Shown one piece after another: positions 7,895-16,968 of a stretch of 28,982 nt of DNA. The stretch spans positions 1 through 28,982 of the forward strand of contig JBDHDE010000064.1 of NCBI GenBank assembly GCA_039591655.1, given 5' to 3'. Origin of the DNA: Gemmatimonadota bacterium. Lineage in GTDB: Bacteria > Gemmatimonadota > Gemmatimonadetes > Gemmatimonadales > GWC2-71-9. The notes under the pieces are model-generated. The model saw nothing but the letters and a program-made list of their open reading frames with translations. It was not told the DNA's origin and did no database searches. Positions within the stretch are counted from its first letter, which is position 1, and every line of letters begins with the position of its first letter. The translations under genes and the position numbers were made by a program.

Positions 7895-8971
7895 CTACCC
7901 CTCGAGCGCCTCTCTGAGCCGCTCCAAGTGCCCGTCGCTCAGCGCTTCCATCTCGAACAGCGAGACGCCGGTGGCACCGCCGTTCCGGGCGACCCGTACC
8001 GCCCCCCCAAGATCCTCCGGCGAGAGGCTCGGCAAATAGAGCCCGCTGTACAGGGGGACGCCCGCCGCCAGCGCATCTACGCCCTCACGGGTGGCATCCC
8101 CGATCCACGCCACCTCCTCCTCGTAGAACTCGTGGTACAGCATCGGGAAGAAGGCGTCCAGCGGCCACCGATCCCAGGCCTGGCGCACGAGCCTGCGTGC
8201 CAGGCTCGGCGTCGGGAAGACGGCGGCCGTGATGGGCTTCTCCTGCGCGCGAACAGCCTCGGCCAGCGCCCGCACTAGCCCCGTCACGCTGTTGCAGCGG
8301 AACTCCCGCCACTCGACATCCTGCGTCGGGTCGGCGATCTCCAGCGGGTCCCTCCCGGTCCGCTCCGCAAACGTCTCCCGACAGACGTCGCAGTAGCAGA
8401 AATCGAACTCGGGGTGCTCCCGATCCTGCACCAGGCCGTACTTGGACCAGAGACCCACCGGTAAGATGACGTCGGCGTGGCGGATGTAGTCCAGGTGCAC
8501 GCCGTCCACGGTGGGGGCGGCAGCGACGTCCGCGACGACTCCACCGAGGTACTCCCGCACCGCAGCGCGCGTGGGACAGACCCATTGGTAGTAGTCCACG
8601 TACGGCGGCTTATCGAGACTCGACTCGCCGTTGCGGCTCACCGTGTACCACTCGGGATGGTGCTCTTTGGCCCACTGGTCGCCGGCGCGATTGAGGATCC
8701 ACATCCAGCGATGGAACGCGAGTCCCTCGGCGTGCGCCGCCTCGGAGAGCATGGCAGTGTCGCCGCCGCCCACCAGCACGCCGCGGATCCCCGCCTGACG
8801 GATCCGGGCGAACTGCCGCCGCCATTCAGCGAGGTCCCGCTCCCGGTCGCCGTGGACCCAGGTCCAGTTCTCGGGCAGCGCGGTGCGGCCGATTCGCGGC
8901 CGGCATCCCGACGCGAGGCCGAGGAGGGCGGCCGCGCCGCCCAGCGTCTCGAGAAACTCGCGCCGTCTCAT
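7895..8971 (-). CDS. Tat-exported glycoside-hydrolase-like TIM-barrel protein (GHL10/DUF187-like), possible lipoprotein
   Basis: Twin-arginine signal MRRREFLETLGGAAALLGLASGC; 'HPEWY.V.R.G', 'W.CP', 'VDGVHLDYIR', 'VRQ.W..W','PMLY'. Confidence 0.8.
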   Translation of the reverse strand: MRRREFLETLGGAAALLGLASGCRPRIGRTALPENWTWVHGDRERDLAEWRRQFARIRQAGIRGVLVGGGDTAMLSEAAHAEGLAFHRWMWILNRAGDQWAKEHHPEWYTVSRNGESSLDKPPYVDYYQWVCPTRAAVREYLGGVVADVAAAPTVDGVHLDYIRHADVILPVGLWSKYGLVQDREHPEFDFCYCDVCRETFAERTGRDPLEIADPTQDVEWREFRCNSVTGLVRALAEAVRAQEKPITAAVFPTPSLARRLVRQAWDRWPLDAFFPMLYHEFYEEEVAWIGDATREGVDALAAGVPLYSGLYLPSLSPEDLGGAVRVARNGGATGVSLFEMEALSDGHLERLREALEG

Positions 8972-8990
8972 GCTCCGTCCGCCGTGTCGC

Positions 8991-10112
8991 TCACTCGCCC
9001 CGCCTTCCTCGCTCGCCCCAGATCCTGCCGTCATCGCTGATATGCCACGTCGTGCCGCCGCCCCTGCCGGGGGCCGTGGCCACGTACGCCGTTCCCGAGG
9101 ACAGCAACCGCAGCTGCACCAGCGAGCCGTCCGGCAGGCGCGGGCTCACCCCCAGCTCGTCGAACCAGCGGGAGTAGCGGTCGTGCTCCCGGAAGTAGGC
9201 CCGCTGCGCGTAGTACACCTGTCGCAGCGTCCACCGTACCGCTTCGTCCTCCGGCGGAGTGAAGCCGGTCGATCCCTCCCCCACGGCGATGTCACTGAAC
9301 TGCACGATGCCCCACATCTCCGGCATGTGCATGTTCACCGCTCCCTGGGGCGACCACACCCAGTTGTGCTCCGAGAGCGGCTTCCCCGTAATGGAATCCG
9401 TCACCTTGCGGTACTCGTCGCCCACCACCTCGAGGTCCCACTGCACTCGCGAGAAGTTGACCCGCCAGTGCTCCCCATCCCGGGGCGGTCCCGGCGGCCT
9501 TGCTCCTGTCGTCGGCTCGGTTGCCGCAGCGCCGGGGTGCAGATCACTCCACGGGATCGCCAGCTCCACGGTCCAGCTCGTGTCGCGGTCGGACGGATCA
9601 TTCGCAGTGCCCGCCACCGCCACGGCGGACTGGAGTCCCCCGATATCCCACCGGTTCACCGCGGGCCCGCCGTCGCGGTAGGGCTTCACGAGCAAGAGGT
9701 CCCACACCGTCCCCAGGGCATTGATCTCGAGCTCGTAGTAGCCGTGGGTGTCGCCGTCGGGATCGAGGAAGACCTCGAAGTCGTTGTCGTGATAGATGAT
9801 CGTGTCGCGCTTGACCAGCGTGCCCCAGACGTGGGGCTCAACGAGCTCCGCTGCGAAGTAGAAGTGGGTGTCGTCCCACAGCATCTTGACCCGGGTGAGC
9901 CAGATGGGCGCGGGCTTTATGGCGCCCTCGATGTCGACGAACGGCTCGCTCCAGGCAGCCGCCCGCCACGCGGGCTCGTCCAACCGGCCGTCGATGGCCG
10001 GTGGGGAAGGGCTGAGGTAGCAGACGTAGTGGCGCAAGTCCGGTGGACTCGACGGCGCTCGACCACCGACGCAAGCCAGGAACAGTGCAGCGACGATCGG
10101 CGCTCGACGCAC
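8991..10112 (-). CDS. Carbohydrate-binding family 9-like (CBM9-like/DOMON-fold) lipoprotein
   Basis: Lipobox FLAC; 'PAIDGRLDEPAW', 'TRVKMLWDD..FY', 'DNDFEVFLDP', 'YYELEINALG', 'WTVELAIPW', 'WRVNFSR'; GTG abuts the upstream stop. Confidence 0.85.
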   Translation of the reverse strand: MRRAPIVAALFLACVGGRAPSSPPDLRHYVCYLSPSPPAIDGRLDEPAWRAAAWSEPFVDIEGAIKPAPIWLTRVKMLWDDTHFYFAAELVEPHVWGTLVKRDTIIYHDNDFEVFLDPDGDTHGYYELEINALGTVWDLLLVKPYRDGGPAVNRWDIGGLQSAVAVAGTANDPSDRDTSWTVELAIPWSDLHPGAAATEPTTGARPPGPPRDGEHWRVNFSRVQWDLEVVGDEYRKVTDSITGKPLSEHNWVWSPQGAVNMHMPEMWGIVQFSDIAVGEGSTGFTPPEDEAVRWTLRQVYYAQRAYFREHDRYSRWFDELGVSPRLPDGSLVQLRLLSSGTAYVATAPGRGGGTTWHISDDGRIWGERGRRGE

Positions 10113-10859
10113 TCAGTAGTCGGTCCGGTCGAACCGGCGCATGACCAGGAAGGCTGAGGCCAACGCGAGCGCGCCACCCGCGAGCAGCGACTTCCACGGC
10201 ACGGCCCCGTCCCATGCCCGCACATCAGCGATGTGCCGCAGGCTCCAGTCCGCGAGCCCAGTCAACGCACGAATTGTCTGTAGCGCCACGATCACCGCTA
10301 CTACGACAAGCGCTGCTCGTACCGCGTCCCTGGTCAGGGCGGTGCTCAGCATGCTGGGCGAGATCCACAGCGCTGCCGCGAACGCCGTCAGGAGCGTGGC
10401 TACCAGGAGGCTACCCACCGGCACGCTCAGTCCGGCGATGACGCCGGCGAGCACAAAGATCAGCGCCTCCCAGATGACCAGCAGAAAGACCAGCGCACTG
10501 ACCACGATCCACTGGGCGCCGAGCCACCTGCGACGTCGCTCCGGAAGACTCAGCGTCATCAGGTTGGAGTGTGCGTTGCCCAACGTCATCGTTCCGCCCA
10601 CTCCCAGCACGACCGCGAGGATCGCGAATACGTAGTACGAGTCGCCGTGGATCCATCCGGTGACCAGTAACTCGAACGGCCCGCCTGGCGCCTCGGTCGC
10701 TGGGCCGTGTCCGGGCTCGGCGATCTCACCCGCCGTGGTGGCACCGCGAGCGGACTGCACCGCCGATCTGATGGTCACCGGCGCGGCCATCAACGTCACC
10801 AATAGCACGCACAGGTAGAACCGGCGGCTGATGTCAGACCAGGCTTTCCACAGCTCCAT
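10113..10859 (-). CDS. ABC-2 type transporter permease
   Basis: About 6 TM segments, 'TLSLP..RRRW' loop, C-terminal 'FDRTDY'; overlaps the ATPase gene. Confidence 0.75.
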   Translation of the reverse strand: MELWKAWSDISRRFYLCVLLVTLMAAPVTIRSAVQSARGATTAGEIAEPGHGPATEAPGGPFELLVTGWIHGDSYYVFAILAVVLGVGGTMTLGNAHSNLMTLSLPERRRRWLGAQWIVVSALVFLLVIWEALIFVLAGVIAGLSVPVGSLLVATLLTAFAAALWISPSMLSTALTRDAVRAALVVVAVIVALQTIRALTGLADWSLRHIADVRAWDGAVPWKSLLAGGALALASAFLVMRRFDRTDY

Positions 10860-11754
10860 CGAGCCTGCCCCTCTCATAGTTGGTGAGCGTGAGGTAGATC
10901 TCCCGCAGGTTCATGTCGTGGACCTCGACCCCGGCGGCTCCCCCGCTCTCGAGCCGTCCGCGGATCCGAGCGGGATCGGCGTCCACGATCACCGTCTTGA
11001 GGTCGCCCGACGCCGACACGCGACGCACGCCATCCCACCCGCGGATCTCGTCGACCGCCGGTCCACCGAGAACACGGAGCGACTTCCAGCGCAGCTTCAG
11101 CTCGTCCAGCACCCCGCTGAGCGCCTGCCGCCCCTCCACCATCACGGTCACGTGATCGCAGATCCGCTCTACCTCCTCGAGGCGATGCGTCGCCAGCAGC
11201 ACCGCCCGATCCTGATCCGCCGTCCACTCGGCGATCAGTGACAGCAACTCCTCAACGCTCGCCGGGTCGAGATCGATGGTGGGTTCGTCCATCAGCAGGA
11301 CGCGCGGCCGGCGGCTCAGCGCGGCGGCCAGCACGAGCTTGGCGCGCATGCCCTTGGAGAGCTGCTTGATGCGCCGGTCCACCGGGATCTCCCACTCCTC
11401 GAGCAGGCGGGCCAGCACCGCCTCGTCCCACTCGGGAAAGAAGCTCCCGTAGAAGCGCGCGAAGCCGCTCACGCGCATATCGGGGTACAGCAGCTTGTCC
11501 TCGGGAATGAACGCCGCCTCCCGCCGAACGGCCACCGACTCCCGCACCACGTCGTGGCCCAGCACCGTAGCGGACCCCGCGCTTGGGCGGGTCATCCCCA
11601 GAAGCATCTTGATCGTCGTCGTCTTGCCTGCGCCGTTGGGACCGACCAACCCGACGATGGACCCGGCGTGCACCGTCAGATCGATGTCGTCCACCGCACG
11701 GACAGGCCCGAAGGCCTTCGAGAGGCCGACGGTCTCGACCAGCAGGTCACCCAT
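10834..11754 (-). CDS. ABC transporter ATP-binding protein (YtrB-like exporter)
   Basis: Walker A GPNGAGKTT, signature LSKGM, Walker B LLMDEP, H-loop ATH. Confidence 0.95.
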   Translation of the reverse strand: MGDLLVETVGLSKAFGPVRAVDDIDLTVHAGSIVGLVGPNGAGKTTTIKMLLGMTRPSAGSATVLGHDVVRESVAVRREAAFIPEDKLLYPDMRVSGFARFYGSFFPEWDEAVLARLLEEWEIPVDRRIKQLSKGMRAKLVLAAALSRRPRVLLMDEPTIDLDPASVEELLSLIAEWTADQDRAVLLATHRLEEVERICDHVTVMVEGRQALSGVLDELKLRWKSLRVLGGPAVDEIRGWDGVRRVSASGDLKTVIVDADPARIRGRLESGGAAGVEVHDMNLREIYLTLTNYERGRLDGAVESLV

Positions 11755-12145
11755 GTTCGGCTCGCCCCGTGTCACCGGACCGCGATAGCGTCCTGTCGAT
11801 GAGGGCCCTCAGCTCATCGGCCGAGAACCCCAGCACGCGGGCCTCGGCTATGAGACCATCAATGTATGGCTGGAGCCGCTTGCGCCGCTCGTGGACCAGC
11901 AGCGCGGGCGGCGAGTACTTGACGAACGTACCCCTCCGAGGCCCACCCTCAACCAGTCCGGCCCGCTCCAGCTCGCGGTATGCGCGAGCGACTGTGTTCG
12001 GATTGATGACCAGATCGGCGGCGAGCTGCCTGACCGTGGGCAGCCGATCGCCCGGCCGCACCGCACCCGTGGTGATCGCGTGAGTGATCTGGCGAACCAA
12101 CTGTTGATAGATCGGCTCGCCTGATTCGGGCCGGACGTGGAACAT
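11747..12145 (-). CDS. GntR-family regulator, YtrA subfamily
   Basis: 'PIYQQLV..I...I..G...PGDRLPTVRQLAADLVINPNTVARAYRELE..G...G.GTFV' with a short C-terminal domain, directly before an ABC ATPase. Confidence 0.92.
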   Translation of the reverse strand: MFHVRPESGEPIYQQLVRQITHAITTGAVRPGDRLPTVRQLAADLVINPNTVARAYRELERAGLVEGGPRRGTFVKYSPPALLVHERRKRLQPYIDGLIAEARVLGFSADELRALIDRTLSRSGDTGRAEHG

Positions 12146-12221
12146 GGTCAGCGCTCGGTGCTGGCGGGTACGGGGCGGAAAGGATGCTCCCACCCGCTTG
12201 ATAGTAGCCGCGACGACAGGC

Positions 12222-12284
12222 GCAGACCACCGCCGCGCCGGGACCCCCACACGGATGCCGGGGGCCCCGACGGCGGCGGTCTGC
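12222..12284 (-). other. Long GC-rich intercistronic stem-loop
   Basis: Minus strand GCAGACCGCCGCCG..GGGGCCCCC-loop-GGGGGTCCC..CGGCGGTGGTCTGC; mismatches become G-U pairs on the minus (sense) strand. Confidence 0.55.
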
Positions 12285-12286
12285 CG

Positions 12287-13745
12287 CTACGGAGTTGCAC
12301 TGACCTGCTGGACTGCCTGCTGGAATTCCTCTGCCGTGGTCGGGTCGGTGTGCGCCGTCACGAAGGTCGCCACTTCGAGACCCAGCTCATCCAGCCTCTC
12401 CGCGAAGGAGATGAGCAGCGGGGGCGGCGTGAAGCCCGGCATGTACCCGTAGATGTCCGCCACGTACAGCAGCTTGTGCGCCGGCAGGTACACAACCAGG
12501 ATCTCGTCCGCGTGGGGATTGGGGCCCACGTCGTACAGCTCGATGGTGTTGGCCCCGCTGCCGTACACGCGCTTCCCCTCGACCGTCTCGATCACCGGGC
12601 TGGGGGCGGCGGTGACGCCGCTCCCGGTGACCCGGGGGGTCGCCGCTACCGATTTCACGAACTCCACGTTGCCCGGTGTCGTGATGATGGTGATGCCCTC
12701 TTCGAAGTACGGCCACAGGCCGCCGCTGTGGTCGAAATGGTGGTGCGTGAGCACGGCGTACCTGATAGGCTTGTCGGGCACAGTCTCCCGCACCGTCCGC
12801 ATCACGCTGCGCGACAGCACCGGATTGCCCGGCGTCTCGATCACGATGACGTGGTCGTCCTGCTCCACGAACATCGCGTTGTAGCCGCTCTGGACGCCCT
12901 GCATCAGGTAGGCGCCGTCCACGATCTCAGATGCCTCGAGCGTGCGGACATCCTGCTCCTCGGCGTCCTCCGGACGGGCGAGCACCGACTCGTCGAACTC
13001 CACGTCCAGAGTCATCTCCTGGCACTCGGCCTGCGCCAGCAGCCACTCGTCCACCCATGTAATCGAAGCGTAGGGCTGCAGCATCCCGCCGACTTCGCGG
13101 AAGTCGGAGAACTCCGTCTGCTGCACGGCATCCCCGAACGGCTCATTCGGCGCGACGACCTCGAGCCTCGCCAGCAGGCCGCTCATCGGCGTAGGTGATC
13201 ACGTCGTATGCCTTGCCCTTGGCCTCGTGCCGACCGAGCGAGCGGAGCGTGCCCGAGCGGGCCCAGGCATCCATCAGGTTGTCGCCCACGTAGGGCATGG
13301 CGCGTGTGACGCTCGCCAGGTAGCTCTCGTCGATGTCCCTCACCGTGTTGTTCGCCACTGTGTGCACGAACGTGTCGTCCTCGGTGCTGACTGCCCGCGC
13401 GGCGACCTGCGGCGGCTCACCCGGCCGCATGGCCTCGAGCACGAAGCGATCGTTCTCGAGGTCCGTCGTGATCACGTAGAGCGCGGGCCGGCCCTGACCG
13501 CTGTCGGCGGTGGGACTGGGGTCCTGACCCATCATGTATCGGGTCACGCCCACGCGGACCATCACTGTCCGCACATTCTGCATCTGCTCGAATCCACCGT
13601 GGGCTGCGATGCCGCGGCTCAGGATCTGCGCCGCTTCCTGCTGGGATTCGAGCGTCCGATTCCCCTCGGTCTGTGCCGCGGTTGTGCCGGCCATCAGTGC
13701 CAGCAAGAGCGCCGCTCCAAGGGGGGCGAGTCTGGTACTCATCAT
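12287..13745 (-). pseudogene. Secreted metallo-beta-lactamase-fold hydrolase split by a frameshift near 13187 (ORFs 13143-13745 and 12287-13186)
   Basis: The first ORF has a signal peptide and goes off-pattern after 'YDVITYA'. The second ORF has THHHFDHSGG (HxHxDH), 'NPHADE', 'ADIY' and 'AH' but no signal peptide. Junction TAC GCC G|ATG AGC GGC CTG. Confidence 0.7.
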
Positions 13746-13808
13746 GATCCTCCCGGTGTCTGCCGCATGGCGGCATTGGTCGCAGGCCGCCGTGGCGGCC
13801 TAAGTTAA

Positions 13809-13828
13809 TGTACTACGACATTAGGACA
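13809..13828. promoter_or_regulatory. YtrA-type GntR operator overlapping a minus-strand promoter
   Basis: TGTACTA-CGACAT-TAGGACA (one mismatch from a perfect palindrome), within TTGTCC-N16-TAACTT on the minus strand, about 60 nt upstream of ATG 13745. Confidence 0.7.
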
Positions 13829-13976
13829 ATCGGGAGAGTTGAGCGGTTCCCACGGGCCTGCCACGACGCTCGGCATCACGTTGTAAACGCATGACGAGCA
13901 AGCAGTTACGGGTTGCCGCAGAGGCGCGGCGGATCCAGGTGGCTCACGGGCGCCCGTGGGGATACGCTTGGTGCAT

Positions 13977-14630
13977 ATGTCGGACGCTGTGACGGTCACG
14001 GCTACCGCGGCCATCGTCGTATCGGCCGTGCTCGCAATCCGGGCGCATTACCTCGGCCCGCGAGCCCTATGGCGCGTCTATCTGTTCAAGCCGCTCACGA
14101 CGGTCCTGATACTGCTCCTCGCGGCGCTAGCTCCGACCCTGGACTCGCGCTACGGGGTCGCGATCGTGGTTGGGCTCGGCTGCTCTCTCGTGGGCGACGT
14201 CTTTCTCATGCTCCCCAAGGACCGCTTCCTTCCCGGACTGGTGAGCTTCCTGCTGGCACACATCGCCTACTTGGCGGCGTTCACCGGCGCGCTACGGTAC
14301 CAAGCGATCCTGGTCCCGCTCGTTCCATACGTCGTTTTTGGTGGGGGGATGCTGCTGGTGCTGTGGCCGGGCCTGCAGCGCCGCCTACGAATTCCGGTGA
14401 CGCTCTACGTGCTCGTCATCACGCTCATGGCCGGTGCTGCACTCGGCCGCTGGACGGAGTTCCGCACGCTCGCGGCCCTGGGCGCTGCGATCGGCGCAGG
14501 TCTGTTCGTGGTGTCGGACGCGCTACTCGCCGTCGACCGGTTCAGATGGAGCCTTCGCGCCAGCCGGACCGCGGTGCTCGGTACCTACTGGATGGCGCAG
14601 TACCTGATAGCGCTGTCGGTGAGGGGCTGA
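13977..14630 (+). CDS. yhhN: YhhN/TMEM86 family membrane protein (lysoplasmalogenase-like)
   Basis: 'KPL', 'SLVGDVFLM', 'F..GL.SFLLAHIAY', 'GA.LFVVSD..LA..RF', 'TYWMAQ'. Confidence 0.9.
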   Translation: MSDAVTVTATAAIVVSAVLAIRAHYLGPRALWRVYLFKPLTTVLILLLAALAPTLDSRYGVAIVVGLGCSLVGDVFLMLPKDRFLPGLVSFLLAHIAYLAAFTGALRYQAILVPLVPYVVFGGGMLLVLWPGLQRRLRIPVTLYVLVITLMAGAALGRWTEFRTLAALGAAIGAGLFVVSDALLAVDRFRWSLRASRTAVLGTYWMAQYLIALSVRG

Positions 14631-14645
14631 GGGGGGGGTCCGCTC

Positions 14646-15731
14646 CTACCGCCCGATTCGCACCGGGAGCCGCTTGGCGCCCCACTTCCCCGGGGGGCCG
14701 TCGAACACCCCGGCGCAGGGCGCGTTGCACTTGGCGCAGTGGCCTTCGTCGGTGAGGTTCCAACCCCGCAGCACGTACCAATCCCGGGCGATGAGGGTCT
14801 CGCCGCACTGGTGGCAGACGGTGCTCCCGCCCTCCACGTCGTGCACGTTGCCAGTGTACACGTACCGCAGTCCGCTCTGCAGCGCGATCTCCCGAGCCCT
14901 GGTGAGTGTGGCGGGCGGCGTCGGCGGCACGTCCAGCATCTTGAAGTCGGGATGGAACGCCGTGAAGTGCAGCGGCACGTCGGGGCCGAGGCGCTCCACC
15001 ACCCACCGCGCCATCTCCTCGAGCTCCCGCTCCGAGTCGTTGTTGCCCGGGATGACGAGGGTGGTGAGCTCAAACCATACGTCGGTCTCGTGCTTGAGAT
15101 ACACGAGGGTGTCGAGCACGGGCTGGAGGTGCCCCTTGGCGAGCCGGTGGTAGAAGTCGTCGGTGAACGCCTTGAGGTCCACGTTGGCGGCGTCCATGTG
15201 GCGGTAGAACTCCGCCCGCGGCTCCTCGCACACGTACCCCGCCGTCACCGCCACCGTCTTGATGCCCCGCTCGCGGCACGCCTGGGCAACGTCGATGGCG
15301 TACTCATGGAAAATGACGGGATCGTTGTACGTGAACGCCACGCTCTTGCACTCGAGCTGCCGCGCGACCTCGGCCAGCCCCTCGGGCGATGCTGTGTCCG
15401 CCAGCGTGTCGATCTCCCGCGACTTACTGATGTCCCAGTTCTGGCAGTACTTGCACGCGAGGTTGCAGCCCGCGGTGCCGAACGACAACACGGGAGTCCC
15501 CGGAAGGAAGTGGTTCAGCGGCTTCTTCTCGATTGGGTCCACGCAGAAGCCGCTGGAGCGTCCGTATGTCGTGAGGACTATTTGGCCGCCCTGGCACGCC
15601 CTGACGAAGCACATGCCCCGCTGCCCCTCCCGCATGCGGCAGTAGCGGGGGCACATGTCGCACTGCACGCGTCCGTCGTCGAGCGTGTGCCAGTACTTGG
15701 TGGGGACAACAGATGCCAAGGCGTCAGCCAT
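14646..15731 (-). CDS. amrS: AmmeMemoRadiSam system radical SAM enzyme
   Basis: N-terminal C..CP..C...C, 'DPIEKKPL.HF.PG', CxxxCxxC (CNLACKYC), 'FTYNDP', 'FHPDF', 'YVYTGNV', C-terminal CxxC/CxxC. Confidence 0.93.
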   Translation of the reverse strand: MADALASVVPTKYWHTLDDGRVQCDMCPRYCRMREGQRGMCFVRACQGGQIVLTTYGRSSGFCVDPIEKKPLNHFLPGTPVLSFGTAGCNLACKYCQNWDISKSREIDTLADTASPEGLAEVARQLECKSVAFTYNDPVIFHEYAIDVAQACRERGIKTVAVTAGYVCEEPRAEFYRHMDAANVDLKAFTDDFYHRLAKGHLQPVLDTLVYLKHETDVWFELTTLVIPGNNDSERELEEMARWVVERLGPDVPLHFTAFHPDFKMLDVPPTPPATLTRAREIALQSGLRYVYTGNVHDVEGGSTVCHQCGETLIARDWYVLRGWNLTDEGHCAKCNAPCAGVFDGPPGKWGAKRLPVRIGR

Positions 15732-15821
15732 GGCCTCGCCGACCTTCGGGGGGAGCTATATAAGGATAGACGGATACGGGGCGGGCCGACAGCCGCTACT
15801 GGGGGAGGCGTCGTAAACACG

Positions 15822-15845
15822 CGGGGCCGCCAGAAGGCGGCCCCG
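15822..15845 (-). terminator. Terminator-like hairpin downstream of the 102-aa gene
   Basis: CGGGGCCGCC-AGAA-GGCGGCCCCG perfect 10-bp stem; followed by CGTGTTT on the minus strand. Confidence 0.6.
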
Positions 15846-15874
15846 ACGACGATGCACCACTGCTCTCGTGGGGA

Positions 15875-16183
15875 TCAGCGATCTCCCGCCCGCCTGGCCT
15901 CCTTGACGTCCACCTTCACCAGGTCGCGCGTCGGCACATAGTAGACCGACGTCACCACTCCGGTCAGGTCCACGACTTCCCCCTTCACCTTCGCGGAACC
16001 CCGGTCATCGATCCCCTCACCGTGGGGAAGAGCGCCGTTCACGAACGCGGGGAGAGGTACCGTATCGCCCTTGCGCGGGATGATGCAGCACCTCGTGAGC
16101 CAATTGGACAACTGGGGGAGCACTCCTACGTAGTCGTCGCCCCAGAGGGTGCACTCGACTCTGTACGGCTTGCGAAGCTTCAC
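15875..16183 (-). CDS. Hypothetical 102-aa protein (beta-rich, CC pair)
   Basis: Flanked by its own promoter and hairpin; mostly GC3-rich codons; no family recognised. Confidence 0.65.
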   Translation of the reverse strand: MKLRKPYRVECTLWGDDYVGVLPQLSNWLTRCCIIPRKGDTVPLPAFVNGALPHGEGIDDRGSAKVKGEVVDLTGVVTSVYYVPTRDLVKVDVKEARRAGDR

Positions 16184-16225
16184 GATTCCAGCCCTGCCAC
16201 GAAGAGACGGTTTCTGCTACCCAAA

Positions 16226-16346
16226 TCGTACAGCGTACGACGGGCAGAGAAGCCTAATCTCGTACCCTGTACGAGTCAAGCCTAGCCCGGCGGACGCCCG
16301 GAAGCCCCGAATGGCGCGGAGAAACACATCACCGTACATTGTGCGA
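16226..16346. promoter_or_regulatory. Three copies of palindrome TCGTAC-N3-GTACGA (candidate TetR operators)
   Basis: TCGTAC-AGC-GTACGA 16226-16240; CTCGTAC-CCT-GTACGAG 16259-16275; degenerate CCGTAC-ATT-GTGCGA 16332-16346. Confidence 0.75.
16251..16279 (-). promoter_or_regulatory. Sigma70-type promoter for the 102-aa gene
   Basis: Minus strand TTGACT (16279-16274), 17-bp spacer, TAGGCT (16256-16251). Confidence 0.75.
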
Positions 16347-16364
16347 GCCCAACCACTCACACCA

Positions 16365-16964
16365 ATGATCCTGCGACGCCGCAAAAGACCCCCCCGGGAG
16401 AGCAGCGAGGCCCGCCAGGCCATCGTCGAGGCTGCCCTGCGAATCGTGGAGGACCACGACCGCCAGTTCGACGCCCGCGCGGTGGCGAAGGAGGCCGGGC
16501 GCAGCCTGGGGACCCTCAGCTTCCACTTCCGGGACGGCGGGCTCCGGGAGCTCAGGGGCGCCGTGGCGGTACGCGGCTTCACCATGCTGGCCGAGGCGGT
16601 ACACGTGGCCGTCGAGGCGGCGGCCGACCCGGAGCAGCAGCTGCGCCGGGTGGCGCAGGCGTACGTGGGGTTCGCGGCCGACCACCCCCGACTCTACCGG
16701 GCGATGTACAGCGAGGATTGGGGGGAGCAGGTGGCCGACGCTCGGCGTGACATGGCGGGCATCGTCAACGAGCGCATCGCCCAGTGCCAGCAGGCCGGGG
16801 TGTTCCGGCCCGGCTCGGTGGGCCGCATTGCCCGCACCGGCCAGGCGCTGCTCCACGGCATAGCCGTGCTGCACCTCGACGGGCAGGTGAGCGCGACCGA
16901 GCTCGAGGCGTTCACCCAGGAAGCCATCGCCGACCTGATCGACGGTCTGCGGGGACGGGACTAG
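16365..16964 (+). CDS. TetR/AcrR family regulator with WHG-like C-terminal domain
   Basis: 'RQAIVEAAL.I....RAVAKEAG.S.GTL.FHF' HTH; 'AYV.FA..HP.LYR.M', 'LLHG.A.L'. Start could instead be 16311. Confidence 0.85.
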   Translation: MILRRRKRPPRESSEARQAIVEAALRIVEDHDRQFDARAVAKEAGRSLGTLSFHFRDGGLRELRGAVAVRGFTMLAEAVHVAVEAAADPEQQLRRVAQAYVGFAADHPRLYRAMYSEDWGEQVADARRDMAGIVNERIAQCQQAGVFRPGSVGRIARTGQALLHGIAVLHLDGQVSATELEAFTQEAIADLIDGLRGRD

Positions 16965-16968
16965 AGGG

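Noticed and set aside
7244..10157. Long antisense ORFs (e.g. 7244-8278, 8883-10157; likewise 14739-15941, 17170-18456)
   Set aside because: Arg/Pro/Ala-rich shadow frames opposite well-supported genes, expected at high GC.
14623..14638. G-runs here (and C7 at 25921) as phase-variation tracts
   Set aside because: They lie at gene 3' ends or between convergent genes, where slippage would have little effect; common in GC-rich DNA.
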